A program made the position numbers and the translations under genes. From a bacterium (GTDB taxonomy: Bacteria > UBA8248), in assembly GCA_965207065.1 (NCBI GenBank), contig OZ242260.1, positions 448,001 to 512,000 on the forward strand: a stretch of 64,000 nucleotides of DNA, written 5' to 3'. This document shows, one piece after another, positions 22,140 to 32,066 of the stretch. Position 1 is the stretch's first letter; each line of letters opens with the position of its first letter. Under the pieces are notes generated by a model. That model was not told the DNA's origin. It ran no database searches and was given only the letters and a program-made list of their open reading frames with translations.

Positions 22140-23583
22140 GCCGACGGGATTTGTGGAATTCGGCAGGGAAGCGCCCAAGACGAGGCCCGTGGAAGAGCGC
22201 GTCCACGACTGGGACGTCGTCTATCTCCCAACGCCGCACGAGACGCTCCAGCGCCAGGGCGCGAGGTGCATGGACTGCGGCATTCCCTTCTGCCATGAGG
22301 GATGCCCGCTGGGAAACCTGATTCCCGACTGGAACGATTTGGTCTACCGCGATTTATGGAAAGACGCCATCGATCGGCTCCATGCGACGAACAATTTCCC
22401 CGAGTTCACCGGCTGGCTTTGCCCTGCTCCGTGCGAGGATTCCTGCGTTCTCACGATCAACGACTCTCCGGTAACAATCAAGGAGATCGAAAAATCCGTC
22501 ATCGAGCACGCCTTCGAACAAGGCTGGGTGAAGGCAACCCCGCCTGCAGTGCGCACCGGCAAGAAAGTCGCCGTCGTGGGGTCGGGGCCTGCGGGACTGG
22601 CCGCCGCTCAGCAACTCAACTGGGCGGGGCACCATGTGACCGTATTCGAGCGCGACGATAAGCTCGGCGGCCTCATGCGCTACGGCATACCGGATTTCAA
22701 GATGGACAAGACCTACATCGACCGCCGTACACAGCAGATGGAAGAAGAGGGCGTAGCGTTCCGCGTAAACGCGAACGTGGGCGTCGATCCCAAGGTCTCC
22801 GAATTACAGGAGGAATTCGACGCAATCGTGCTGGCGGCTGGCGCTCTGCAGCACAGGGATCTGCAGATTCCGGGCCGTGAACTGGATGGCATCCACTTCG
22901 GCATGCGCTACCTCACCATACAGAACCGAAGGCTCGCGGGCGAGGATATACCGGAGGAGGAGTTTATTACCGCGAAGGACAAGCATGTGGTCGTCATCGG
23001 AGGCGGTGATACGGGGGCGGACTGCGTGGGCACCGCGCACAGGCAGGGGGCGAAATCCGTCCGGCAGTTCCAGTATCACCCGCGTCCGCCCGACAAACGA
23101 GACCCGCTGAGCGACCCCTGGCCGAACTACGCCAACATTTTCCGCACCGCGCCCATATATGAAGAGGGCGGGGAGCGCATCTTCCAGATTCAAACCCGCC
23201 AGTTCCTGGGCGAAAACGGCCGCGTCAAGAAAATCGATACTGTAAAGGTGAACGAATCCCATGGCGAAAACGGAAGAGTCGTCTTCACCGAGATTCCAGG
23301 CACGGAAGAAGAAATCGATGCGGACCTCGTTCTCCTGGCAATCGGCTTCCATGGTCCCGACTGCCATCCCCTGCTAAATGAACTGGCGCTCGAGCGCACG
23401 GGACGCGGCGCGGTGAGCCGCGATGAGCAATGGATGACGAGCGCGTCCGGCGTCTTCGTTGCGGGCGACATGATGCGTGGCGCATCCCTGGTGGTGTGGG
23501 CAATAGCGGATGGACGCTCCTGCGCCCGCGCCGTGGACGAATACCTGATGGGAGAATCCTACCTGCCCGCCCCGCTGGATTAG
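22132..23583 (+). CDS. gltD: Glutamate synthase small subunit
   Basis: [22 protein letters not shown]; overlaps the gltB stop. Confidence 0.98.
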
Positions 23584-23756
23584 GACACACGGACGCTAGC
23601 CGAATTCCAACAAAATCCCCTCTCGTAACAGCGCCTCCAAGGTGAGCAAAAGGCTTATTTGAACGAACAGATAATATAGTTGACACATCTGGTATTTCAG
23701 TTTATTGTTGGCGTAATGCGAATGCAATACGAATATTGCGCGAACGGAGTGTAATC

Positions 23757-24074
23757 ATGACTCAAGAAATCCTCACCGCAATCGCCAACCTCGAAGAAAA
23801 AACAACTACAGCCATTGCCAAGCTCGACGAAAGAACAACCAATGCATTTTCGGAAGTAAGGAGCGAGGTTGCTGCTTTCAGGAAAGAAAACAACCGGAGA
23901 TTCGAGTCTATAGACCAGCAATTCGAGTCTATTGAACAACGGCTCGAGGTGGTGGAACAGCGGCTCGACAAACTCGAAACGGAGATGGGAGAAGGCTTCG
24001 AACTTCTCGATGGGCGCTTGGTGAGTCTGGAGGCGAAAGTTGAAGCCCTCAGAGAAAACAAGGAGTGGGAGTAA
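23757..24074 (+). CDS. Small heptad-repeat coiled-coil protein
   Basis: RFESIDQQFESIEQRLEVVEQRLDKLE repeats; GGAG RBS. Confidence 0.65.
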   Translation: MTQEILTAIANLEEKTTTAIAKLDERTTNAFSEVRSEVAAFRKENNRRFESIDQQFESIEQRLEVVEQRLDKLETEMGEGFELLDGRLVSLEAKVEALRENKEWE

Positions 24075-24345
24075 GAAAATCGTCAAGAAATCCTGTCCGG
24101 AATACAGCGCACACATAAGGAGCCTTATACCCGCATCTCTCGATGCGTAGGCCAGGTCCTTCACCCATCAAGCTGCACGGGAACCGAAAGGGGAGCCCAT
24201 AGACTCTCCTCTTTTTTTATCGCTTCCGATTCAGACCATCATGCAGATAGCAATTTCAAGACAAAACCCGGCGAAATTGTGCTCCGCCGGGCATAGTATT
24301 TAATCTCTTTTCTGTTGCGGAACTGCCTGAAAAAACCATAACGCC

Positions 24346-25341
24346 CTAATTCGCCAGCGCCTTGTTCTTGATGGGCTGGATGTCGAAAACCGCAGGCTTC
24401 ACGGTGTCCACCGTTACCTTGACGGCGTGCATCTGCTTGGCGCCGAAGACCTGAAGTGCAAGCACGTTCGGCGCTTTTTTCGAGAGCGGGCGCGTAATCT
24501 GGTACTTGTGGCTGTCGCCATAGATCAGAAGGATCGGCTTTTTGAACGCGGCGGCCTTTTTGAGCAGCGCATCGCCGAACCGCTTGAAGCCCGACGCGCC
24601 CGAGAACGCCTCTTTTTTCTTGGAGAAAAAGCCGGGCTTGAAGATATTGGCGTGAATCGCGAGTACGAGCGCCTTGGCCTTTGCGGCGACGGCCTTATCG
24701 AATCCCGCGTTCAGCCAGGCGACGTTCGCCGCATCGCGCGCGAAGAACTCCGCGATGGCGCGCCTGTCGCGTACCTCGAAGTTGTTGTTCGAACCCACGA
24801 CGTGCGCCGCCACGAAATGGACGCCCTCTTTCACAAAACGCGCGTTCTCGGGATATGCGGCATATTCCTTCATCAGGTCCGACTGGCGTTCGATCTTCAT
24901 GGGAACCTTACCGAGCGAGCGCGGGCCGTGAGAGAAATAGTGCTTCCGCACGAAAGCGAGCCTCTCAATCGGATCGAAGCGGCCGGCCTTTTTGCGGTGA
25001 CAGTCGGTCCATTCGTTGTCGCCGGGCGTATAGACGAGCGGGGCGTCGAAGGTGTTCATGAAATTGAGTTGGTCCAGCAGCATCTTGTCCGAGCACGGAG
25101 TGGAGCCTGATTTCGTGTCCCCGATATGGATCGTGAAGGCGGGGTTCAGCGCGTTCACCTGACCGATCAACGCCTTGAAGGGTGCATAAACCTTCGCGGG
25201 CTCGCCGTATGGCATATCGCCGAGCGCCACGAACGTGAAGGCCGAGGCGGCGCCTGCCGTCAGCGCGAGCAGCGTCGTCGCGCTGAGCAACGCGCTAAGG
25301 CATCTCTTCAAATTTGAAGCGGTATTTTTCATCGAGCCCAT
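24346..25341 (-). CDS. Secreted calcineurin-like metallophosphoesterase
   Basis: Signal peptide; GDMPY, HIGD, PGDNEW, GDSH motifs. Confidence 0.85.
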   Translation of the reverse strand: MGSMKNTASNLKRCLSALLSATTLLALTAGAASAFTFVALGDMPYGEPAKVYAPFKALIGQVNALNPAFTIHIGDTKSGSTPCSDKMLLDQLNFMNTFDAPLVYTPGDNEWTDCHRKKAGRFDPIERLAFVRKHYFSHGPRSLGKVPMKIERQSDLMKEYAAYPENARFVKEGVHFVAAHVVGSNNNFEVRDRRAIAEFFARDAANVAWLNAGFDKAVAAKAKALVLAIHANIFKPGFFSKKKEAFSGASGFKRFGDALLKKAAAFKKPILLIYGDSHKYQITRPLSKKAPNVLALQVFGAKQMHAVKVTVDTVKPAVFDIQPIKNKALAN

Positions 25342-25576
25342 CCCATCCGTCTCCTATGGATTACAAGTAAAGAATAGCATCTCCCAAGGCTCAAGAAGAC
25401 GCCTGCCAATAGCTGGAGCACGCACTCCATTCGGAAGCCTGATTTTGCACTCACACTCGTGGTTCGCGACGAGATGGAATATAGAGAAAATATCTTCGGG
25501 AGGTGTTACAAAAAGGTGGCGATTCTATGTTTTTTCGATAAAACGAGGGTGGATGGTCGCGTCCCTGCGCCAAAAC

Positions 25577-26467
25577 CTACCTGCGCCAGCCCAGCCTGTC
25601 CGCGATGCGCAGGACGATATCCGAACGGTTGAGGGCGTAGACGTGGAAATGACTAACGCCCAGTTCCATCAACTCCCAAATCTGGAACGCCGCCAGGTCG
25701 GCCGCGCTTTCCTGAAAGGCCTCGGGGTCATTCTCGTAGGGAGCCAACGCATCGACGACGCTTCTCGGTACGCTCGCCCCGCATTTTTTTGCAAATCGCT
25801 GTACCTGGCCCAGGTCGCGCACGGGCAGAATGCCGGGCGACAGGGGAATCCCCACGCTCCGCATCGCCATCTGCTCCCTGAACCGCTCCCAGACGTGCGC
25901 TTCAAAGAAAAACTGCGAAACCGCGTAGTTGGCCCCTTCATCGACCTTGCGGACGAAGTGATCCATGTCTTTGGCTTTATCGGGCGTTTCGGGGTGGCCC
26001 TCGGGATAACACGCCACGCCGATGGAGTGGAGTCCGTCGAATTTACAGAGCCAGCGCACGAGATCCGCGGCGTAGCGGAATCCGCCGGCCACGGCCTCTT
26101 CGCGCGTCATGCCCTCGGGGATGTCTCCACGAAGCGCGAGGATGTCGCGCACCCGGTTATCCTGGTACTCCTCCATCAGGCGCGAGATTTCCGCCTTGTT
26201 CGCGCCCACGCAGGTGAGGTGCGCCACCACGCGGCGCGGATAGCGGCGGGCCAACTCCAGCACGAGTTCGAGCGTGCCCTCCTGCGTGGAGCCGCCCGCT
26301 CCGTATGTCACCGAGATGAAGGCGACGTCCATCGCGTCATGTATGGCCGCCACCTCGCGCAGGGTACGCTCCACCGCCTTGCGCCCCTTGGGCGGATAGA
26401 GCTCGATGGATACGCTAACTGGATCTGAGACGATGCCATCAATGACGGCTGACAACCCGTTCACCAC
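25577..26467 (-). CDS. metF: 5,10-methylenetetrahydrofolate reductase
   Basis: S-x-E-x-x-PPK, SVTYGAGG, AHLTCVG, LALRGD, YPEGHPE. Confidence 0.93.
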   Translation of the reverse strand: MVNGLSAVIDGIVSDPVSVSIELYPPKGRKAVERTLREVAAIHDAMDVAFISVTYGAGGSTQEGTLELVLELARRYPRRVVAHLTCVGANKAEISRLMEEYQDNRVRDILALRGDIPEGMTREEAVAGGFRYAADLVRWLCKFDGLHSIGVACYPEGHPETPDKAKDMDHFVRKVDEGANYAVSQFFFEAHVWERFREQMAMRSVGIPLSPGILPVRDLGQVQRFAKKCGASVPRSVVDALAPYENDPEAFQESAADLAAFQIWELMELGVSHFHVYALNRSDIVLRIADRLGWRR

Positions 26468-26509
26468 TTCCCTGCTCCCTCAGGTGGACGCCGGCAGTAT
26501 GCGAGACGT

Positions 26510-26545
26510 AAAAAAACGGGCGCGGGGCATGTCCACCCCGCGCCC
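26510..26545 (-). terminator. Rho-independent terminator of the sod-prx operon
   Basis: GGGCGCGGGG-loop-CCCCGCGCCC followed by a T7 run on the minus strand. Confidence 0.8.
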
Positions 26546-26569
26546 AGAAACACGAACTCCAAAACAGGC

Positions 26570-27034
26570 CTAGCCCAGACCCTCGACCGCCGCGAAGAGC
26601 TTATCGTCGTCCGGCTTCTCGGGAGGAGCGGCTGTCACTTCCATATAGGCGACGTTCCCGTCCTTGTTGACGAGAACCACCGCGCGGTTGCTGAACCCCT
26701 TGTCGTTCAGAAAACCGTAGGCCGCGCACGTTCCCTTGCCGAAAAAATCGCTCAGCAACGGGAATTCGATGCCGTATTTCTCGGCCCAGGCGGCGTGCGC
26801 GAACGGGCTGTCCACGCTGATGCCGATGACCTCGCAGTCGGCGGCATCGAACTTCGCCTTCTCCGCCTGATAGGCGGGCAGCTGCTCGCTGCACACGGAG
26901 GAAAAATCGAACGGATAGAAGCAGAGCAGAACGTTTTTCTTTCCGCGAAAATCGCTCAGCTTGACCGTATCGCCCTCGGCGAGGGTTCTCGGCAATTCAA
27001 AATCTGGCGCTGCATCACCAACGCTCAAAGCCAT
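26570..27034 (-). CDS. Peroxiredoxin (AhpE/BCP-like)
   Basis: [10 protein letters not shown] peroxidatic motif, GISVDS, FPLLSDF. Confidence 0.9.
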   Translation of the reverse strand: MALSVGDAAPDFELPRTLAEGDTVKLSDFRGKKNVLLCFYPFDFSSVCSEQLPAYQAEKAKFDAADCEVIGISVDSPFAHAAWAEKYGIEFPLLSDFFGKGTCAAYGFLNDKGFSNRAVVLVNKDGNVAYMEVTAAPPEKPDDDKLFAAVEGLG

Positions 27035-27046
27035 GATATCGCCCCC

Positions 27047-27634
<588 letters not shown>

Positions 27635-27887
27635 TTCGTTTTCTCCTTGATGGGAATGGAATGTTCCGATTCAGGTGGTCAAAATCAAACTACCGGGGCA
27701 GCGGCCCCGAAAATCATTAAAATCAGGCCTGCTCGCATGGAAGGCGACGAACGAGACCTTGCCGGAAAACTTTACATTTTTGCGCAAACTTAAAGATTTT
27801 GGCCCTGGTTCACAAGCGCACGTATTCTACTTTCAGGGATCGGCCCCCGTCAAATCTCATCCTGAGCGGCATCCACTCGAGTATCGC

Positions 27888-28787
27888 CTATTCGGGCGCG
27901 TCCATCTTCTGGATCTGGTCGAAATCGCGGTAGAGAAGCGTCAGGTCCTCCTCTATCATCCCGCGATCTACGGCCTTTCTCAAAAACGAGAGCGTATGCT
28001 CGGCGAGCTCGATGTCCGCGCCGCGTTTTCGCCCGATCCCGACGGCGAGGCCGACGTCTTTTTGCAGGTTGTAGATGCGCGCCTGGCCGTTCCACGTGCC
28101 CGAGAGGATGTTGTTCGGAAAACGATGCCGGGTCGCGTAGCTGTACGCCGTCGATGCGTTGAAGATGTCGATCATGTCCTCGACGCGCATCCCGAGGCGC
28201 TCGACGAGGCGCGCCCCCTCGCAAGTGGCCAGGAACGTCGTGTGGAGCACCATGTTGTGGATGAGCTTCATCGTGTGGCCCGAACCCAGCGCGCCCAGAT
28301 GGAAGGTGTGATCCACGAAGGGTTTGAGATAGCGCCTCGTGCGCTTTAAGAGTTTCTCGTCTCCTCCGATCATGAGCGTCAGCTTACCTTCCAGGATGTT
28401 GCCGGGGCCGCCGCTCATGCCGGCGTCGAGATAGCCCAGTCCCGCGCGCTCGGCGCGCTTGGCGAGGCGCTTGGTCTTCGCCGGGTCCGAAGTCGTAAGG
28501 TCGTAGACCACGAGACCTTTCTTCGGATTATTGAGCAGTCCGTCTTTTCCCTTGAAGCACGCCGCTATCTCACTTGAGGAGGGAACGACGAAGAAGACGA
28601 CAGCGCAGGATTCGCCTATCTCGCGGGGCGTGGCGACCGTGACGCCCTCTGTTTCCTCGAACGGTTTCCGCCTTTCCTCTGAAACGTCCCAGAGCATCAA
28701 GGGCATCTTCGCCCCGATGAACCGCTGCGCCACGGGATTCCCCATGCGTCCCAGGCCGATGACGCCCACGCTGTTTCGTTTCGCCAT
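27888..28787 (-). CDS. NAD(P)-dependent beta-hydroxyacid dehydrogenase family protein
   Basis: GVIGLGRMG, LDAGMSGG, catalytic KLIHN. Confidence 0.9.
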   Translation of the reverse strand: MAKRNSVGVIGLGRMGNPVAQRFIGAKMPLMLWDVSEERRKPFEETEGVTVATPREIGESCAVVFFVVPSSSEIAACFKGKDGLLNNPKKGLVVYDLTTSDPAKTKRLAKRAERAGLGYLDAGMSGGPGNILEGKLTLMIGGDEKLLKRTRRYLKPFVDHTFHLGALGSGHTMKLIHNMVLHTTFLATCEGARLVERLGMRVEDMIDIFNASTAYSYATRHRFPNNILSGTWNGQARIYNLQKDVGLAVGIGRKRGADIELAEHTLSFLRKAVDRGMIEEDLTLLYRDFDQIQKMDAPE

Positions 28788-28824
28788 GAAACACCTCGGA
28801 TGGAGTAACCGGAAAAAAATTTGA

Positions 28825-28901
28825 TGGAGCCGACGACCGGACTTGAACCGGTGACCTGCTGATTACGAATCAGCTGCTCTACCTGTCTGAGCTACGTCGG
28901 C
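28825..28901 (-). tRNA. tRNA-Thr(CGT)
   Basis: Cloverleaf GCCGACG...CTGAT-TCGTA-ATCAG...GGTTCAAGTCC...TCCA. Confidence 0.95.
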
Positions 28902-29086
28902 AAGAAGGAGCATGCAACCCTGGTGAGGTTCCGCGTTCCTCATGAGGGTGGTATTGAACACACCGCCCCCGCCTTCGTCAAGCGTAAAGAAGACCGGGCG
29001 GCCCGAACCCGGGATTCCGCCGCTGTCTCGATCTGGTTTGTAGGCTTGACTTACGAGCCGACGCATCGTAAACCTCTTTTCTCCTT

Positions 29087-29159
<73 letters not shown>

Positions 29160-29334
29160 CTACAATCCACCCCGAATCCGTTCGGGTTTCATAGTGTTTC
29201 TCACAGGAACGCCCGGTCGATAGCATTTGAAGCCGGGCGTTTTTGCGGGCAAGGAGCCCGCCGGCAGACGGGGGAGGCCGGTTCGAGCGCCTGAAGGCCA
29301 GCCCGCTCCCGCATCACCACGATGGAGACCGAAC

Positions 29335-29718
29335 ATGGACGACGCCGAGAAGAAGGCCCTGATCGAGAAGACCGTCGCCGATCGCGGCTGGGTGCTGCCC
29401 GAGCAGGAGTTCTACATCAACAAAGACCCCGAATACCATGTGCGCCAAAGCGCGCTCTATAACCACGTCATCAAGCGCGAGGGCGCGCTGTCTGAAAAGA
29501 TGCGGGAACTCATCATCATCACCGCCCTTTGCGTGCGCCTGCCGGGCACGGAAGTGGAGACCTACGTCAAAAACCACATCCATCGCGCGCTGGACCTGGG
29601 CGCGAGCGAAGATGAGATATTCGAGGCCGTGCAATGCCTGATCTTTCCAGCCGGTGGCCCCTCGCTGATGATGGGCATCAAATGCCTCCGCGCCGTCCTT
29701 GAGGAGCGGAAGGCTTAA
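29335..29718 (+). CDS. Carboxymuconolactone decarboxylase (CMD) family protein
   Basis: LSEKMRELI, HIHRALDLGASEDEIFEA, GGP. Confidence 0.85.
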   Translation: MDDAEKKALIEKTVADRGWVLPEQEFYINKDPEYHVRQSALYNHVIKREGALSEKMRELIIITALCVRLPGTEVETYVKNHIHRALDLGASEDEIFEAVQCLIFPAGGPSLMMGIKCLRAVLEERKA

Positions 29719-29751
29719 GCTTTTTTTCGATTCTCCTGGGGGACACAACAC

Positions 29752-30489
29752 ATGGACAGAAGCATCTGGGCGACCTGGTACGATCTGCCGAAAGAAGACG
29801 AGGCGGAATACAACAACTGGCTGCACCACACCCACATCAAGGACGCGCTCAAGCGCCCCGGCTACATGTGGGCGGCCCATTATGAACTCGTGGACAGGGA
29901 ATCGCCCAAATCCAAGAAAAAAGAACACCTGGCCTACACGGATGACCCCTCGATCCCGAATGGCACCGAGTTTTTGCTCTTATTCGGAGGAACGAGCGCG
30001 GAGGTGTTCCTGAGTCCCAACCCTGCGCAGCTTGCGGAAACCTATTCCGATGAGACGAAGGCGATGATCGCCAAGCGAATCGGCGAGCGCACGGGCATAT
30101 TTACCGAAGTCGACCGGGTGAACGGCCCCGCCGCCTCGACGCGCGCCGTGGGCGGCGTGCCCGCGCCGATAGTCCAGATGGGCACGTTCAACTGCTTTAC
30201 GCCCGAGGATGATTTCGACCTGAGTTCGTGGTACGCGCAGGACCGCCTGCCCGCGATGAAGTACATGCGCGGCTGCGTGGGAACGCGCAAGCTGGTCTCT
30301 GTGGCGGGATGGGCGAAGCACAGCATTTTTTATGAGTTCGCCTCGCTGGAAAAAGTCCTCGAGCATTTCCCGCGCGCGGACAAGCTCTTCCCGGGTGAGA
30401 ACGACTGGTCGTACCACGTATGCCAGCGCCTGCTCCACACGCCCGGCTCGCCGACGCGCGGCAAGCGCATCTGGCCGCCGGTAGAATGA
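29752..30489 (+). CDS. Tandem dimeric alpha+beta barrel (EthD/DUF4286-like) protein
   Basis: Two repeats of (E/D)-x-N/S-x-W-(Y/L)...H/R...G...Y. Confidence 0.55.
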   Translation: MDRSIWATWYDLPKEDEAEYNNWLHHTHIKDALKRPGYMWAAHYELVDRESPKSKKKEHLAYTDDPSIPNGTEFLLLFGGTSAEVFLSPNPAQLAETYSDETKAMIAKRIGERTGIFTEVDRVNGPAASTRAVGGVPAPIVQMGTFNCFTPEDDFDLSSWYAQDRLPAMKYMRGCVGTRKLVSVAGWAKHSIFYEFASLEKVLEHFPRADKLFPGENDWSYHVCQRLLHTPGSPTRGKRIWPPVE

Positions 30490-30505
30490 GCAAGGGGGCG
30501 CAAGA

Positions 30506-31183
30506 ATGAGTTATATGAAACCTATCCAGGTCGAGGAAGCCGAAGGCGAGGCCGCGAAACTATTCGAAGGCGTGACGAAGATGCTCGGCCGCGTGGCGAA
30601 CTCCTTCGCCGTCATGGCCTACCAGCCTCACGTCGCCAAGGTCATCCTGCCGCTCACCGTCACCCTCATGCGTGAGGGGCTGGGTACGGTGCTGTCCACA
30701 AAGATCAAGGAAATCGCCGTCATCAAGACGAGCCACCTGAACGGGTGCGACTACTGACTCGGGCACAATACGGCGCTCGGTCGAGACGCCGGAGTCACCG
30801 AGGAGCAGGTGCAGGAAATCTGCTCGGACGCCTATATGGATTCGGTGACGATGAACGCACGCGAGAAGGCAGCCGTCCTGTGGGCGGAGCACGTGACGAA
30901 GAACACCGCCAAGACGCGCGACGATGTTTTCGAGGAGGTGCGGCGTCACTTCGATGACCAAGAATTCGTGGAACTCACCATGGTCATCACCTATTTCAAC
31001 ATGAGAAACCGCTTCCAGGACGCCCTGCGCATTCCGCTCGATGAACCGAAAACGATATCGGGCATCACCATCGGACGCAGGCAGGACCCCGAGAATCTCA
31101 AGAACTACCTCGCCGATGTCGTGGCGGGGTGGCCCGAGAGTTTCCCGGGGCCAGAGAAGGGCGAGAAAGGGGAGCATGTTTGA
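30506..31183 (+). CDS. AhpD/CMD-family selenoprotein (CxxU, Sec at codon 84, 225 aa)
   Basis: ORFs 30506-30757 and 30809-31183 share a frame; TGA 30755-30757 falls in NGCDY-U-LGH, the AhpD CxxC position; hairpin follows the TGA. Confidence 0.85.
30755..30797 (+). promoter_or_regulatory. Bacterial SECIS-like stem-loop
   Basis: TGACTC pairs with GAGTCA; CGGCG/CGCCG and CTC/GAG upper stem with a GGTC apical loop. Confidence 0.7.
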
Positions 31184-31626
31184 TGAGCGAAAAACCCGAT
31201 TTCGTCTGGGAGAATTTGGAAGTCGGCATGACTATCGGCGAGCGCAGCGTCTTGGTGACGCAGGAGATGGTGGACACGCACTGCGACGCCGTGGGCGCTA
31301 AGCGGGAATGGTACCAGGGTGATTCCCCCGCGGGCGGTCCCATCGCGCCGCCGATGATCTTCATCAACGACCTGCTCGCCATTTATGATGAGAACTACAA
31401 GCGATTCGGCACCATCCACGCCAAGCTCGGCTACCGCTTCCACAGGCCCGTGCGGGTCGGCGAGACGGTGAACCAGAAGGTCACGGTGAAGAACCTGTAC
31501 GTAAAGCGAGAGAAGGGCTGGATCGTGAGCGAGCTCGCCGTCACGAACGAGACGGGAGAGTTGCTGCTCACTTCTTCGCACACATCCGTATTGAGCCTCA
31601 CGAGAAAGCACGGGAAAGATGGCTAA
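31183..31626 (+). CDS. MaoC/hotdog-fold dehydratase-like protein
   Basis: GGPIAPP, IHAK...F-x-RPVRVGE; TGATG coupling. Confidence 0.8.
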   Translation: MSEKPDFVWENLEVGMTIGERSVLVTQEMVDTHCDAVGAKREWYQGDSPAGGPIAPPMIFINDLLAIYDENYKRFGTIHAKLGYRFHRPVRVGETVNQKVTVKNLYVKREKGWIVSELAVTNETGELLLTSSHTSVLSLTRKHGKDG

Positions 31627-32056
31627 TACACGCGCAGAAATCGAAAATATGAATATCGGCGACACTCTGCCCGAGCGGACGCACAAGGTGGATTGGGAGG
31701 ACATCCTCAAATTCAACCGCTACGTCACCGGCGGCGTGGATACGAAGAACATCCACACGGACGATGAGGTGGCCAGAAAGGCGGGTCTCCCCCGCGCGTT
31801 GGCGACGGGCCGCCACCCGGTGTCGTTCATCACCGAACTCATGGTCGATTACCTGGGGATGGGCTTCATCGCGAGTGGAGAGATCGATGTTTCCTTCGTG
31901 AAACCCATCTTCCCGGGCGACGTTCTGACGCTTATGGCTGTGCTCAGGGAGAAATCGCCTGATGAGGGCGCGATGCGCTATCTCTTCGACGTTTCGCTTG
32001 TAAACCAGGACGGCGCAGCCGTTACGATCGGGATTGCAGGCGGCCGCCTGGCCTGA
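31619..32056 (+). CDS. MaoC-family dehydratase
   Basis: NIHTDDEVARKAGL, FVKPIFPGD. Confidence 0.85.
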   Translation: MANTRAEIENMNIGDTLPERTHKVDWEDILKFNRYVTGGVDTKNIHTDDEVARKAGLPRALATGRHPVSFITELMVDYLGMGFIASGEIDVSFVKPIFPGDVLTLMAVLREKSPDEGAMRYLFDVSLVNQDGAAVTIGIAGGRLA

Positions 32057-32066
32057 TCATCACCAG

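Noticed and set aside
24081-24220. Possible PIN-domain gene remnant or ncRNA after the coiled-coil gene
   Set aside because: Similarity is limited to a few residues (RQEILSGI), with no start codon or recognisable RNA family; only a terminator-like hairpin is evident.
26468-26569. SAM riboswitch upstream of metF
   Set aside because: Only the terminator of the upstream operon is evident; the leader is too short and shows no riboswitch consensus.
30506-30757. Two separate small genes or a nonsense pseudogene
   Set aside because: The TGA lies exactly at a catalytic Cys position with a downstream hairpin, so Sec recoding is the simpler explanation.
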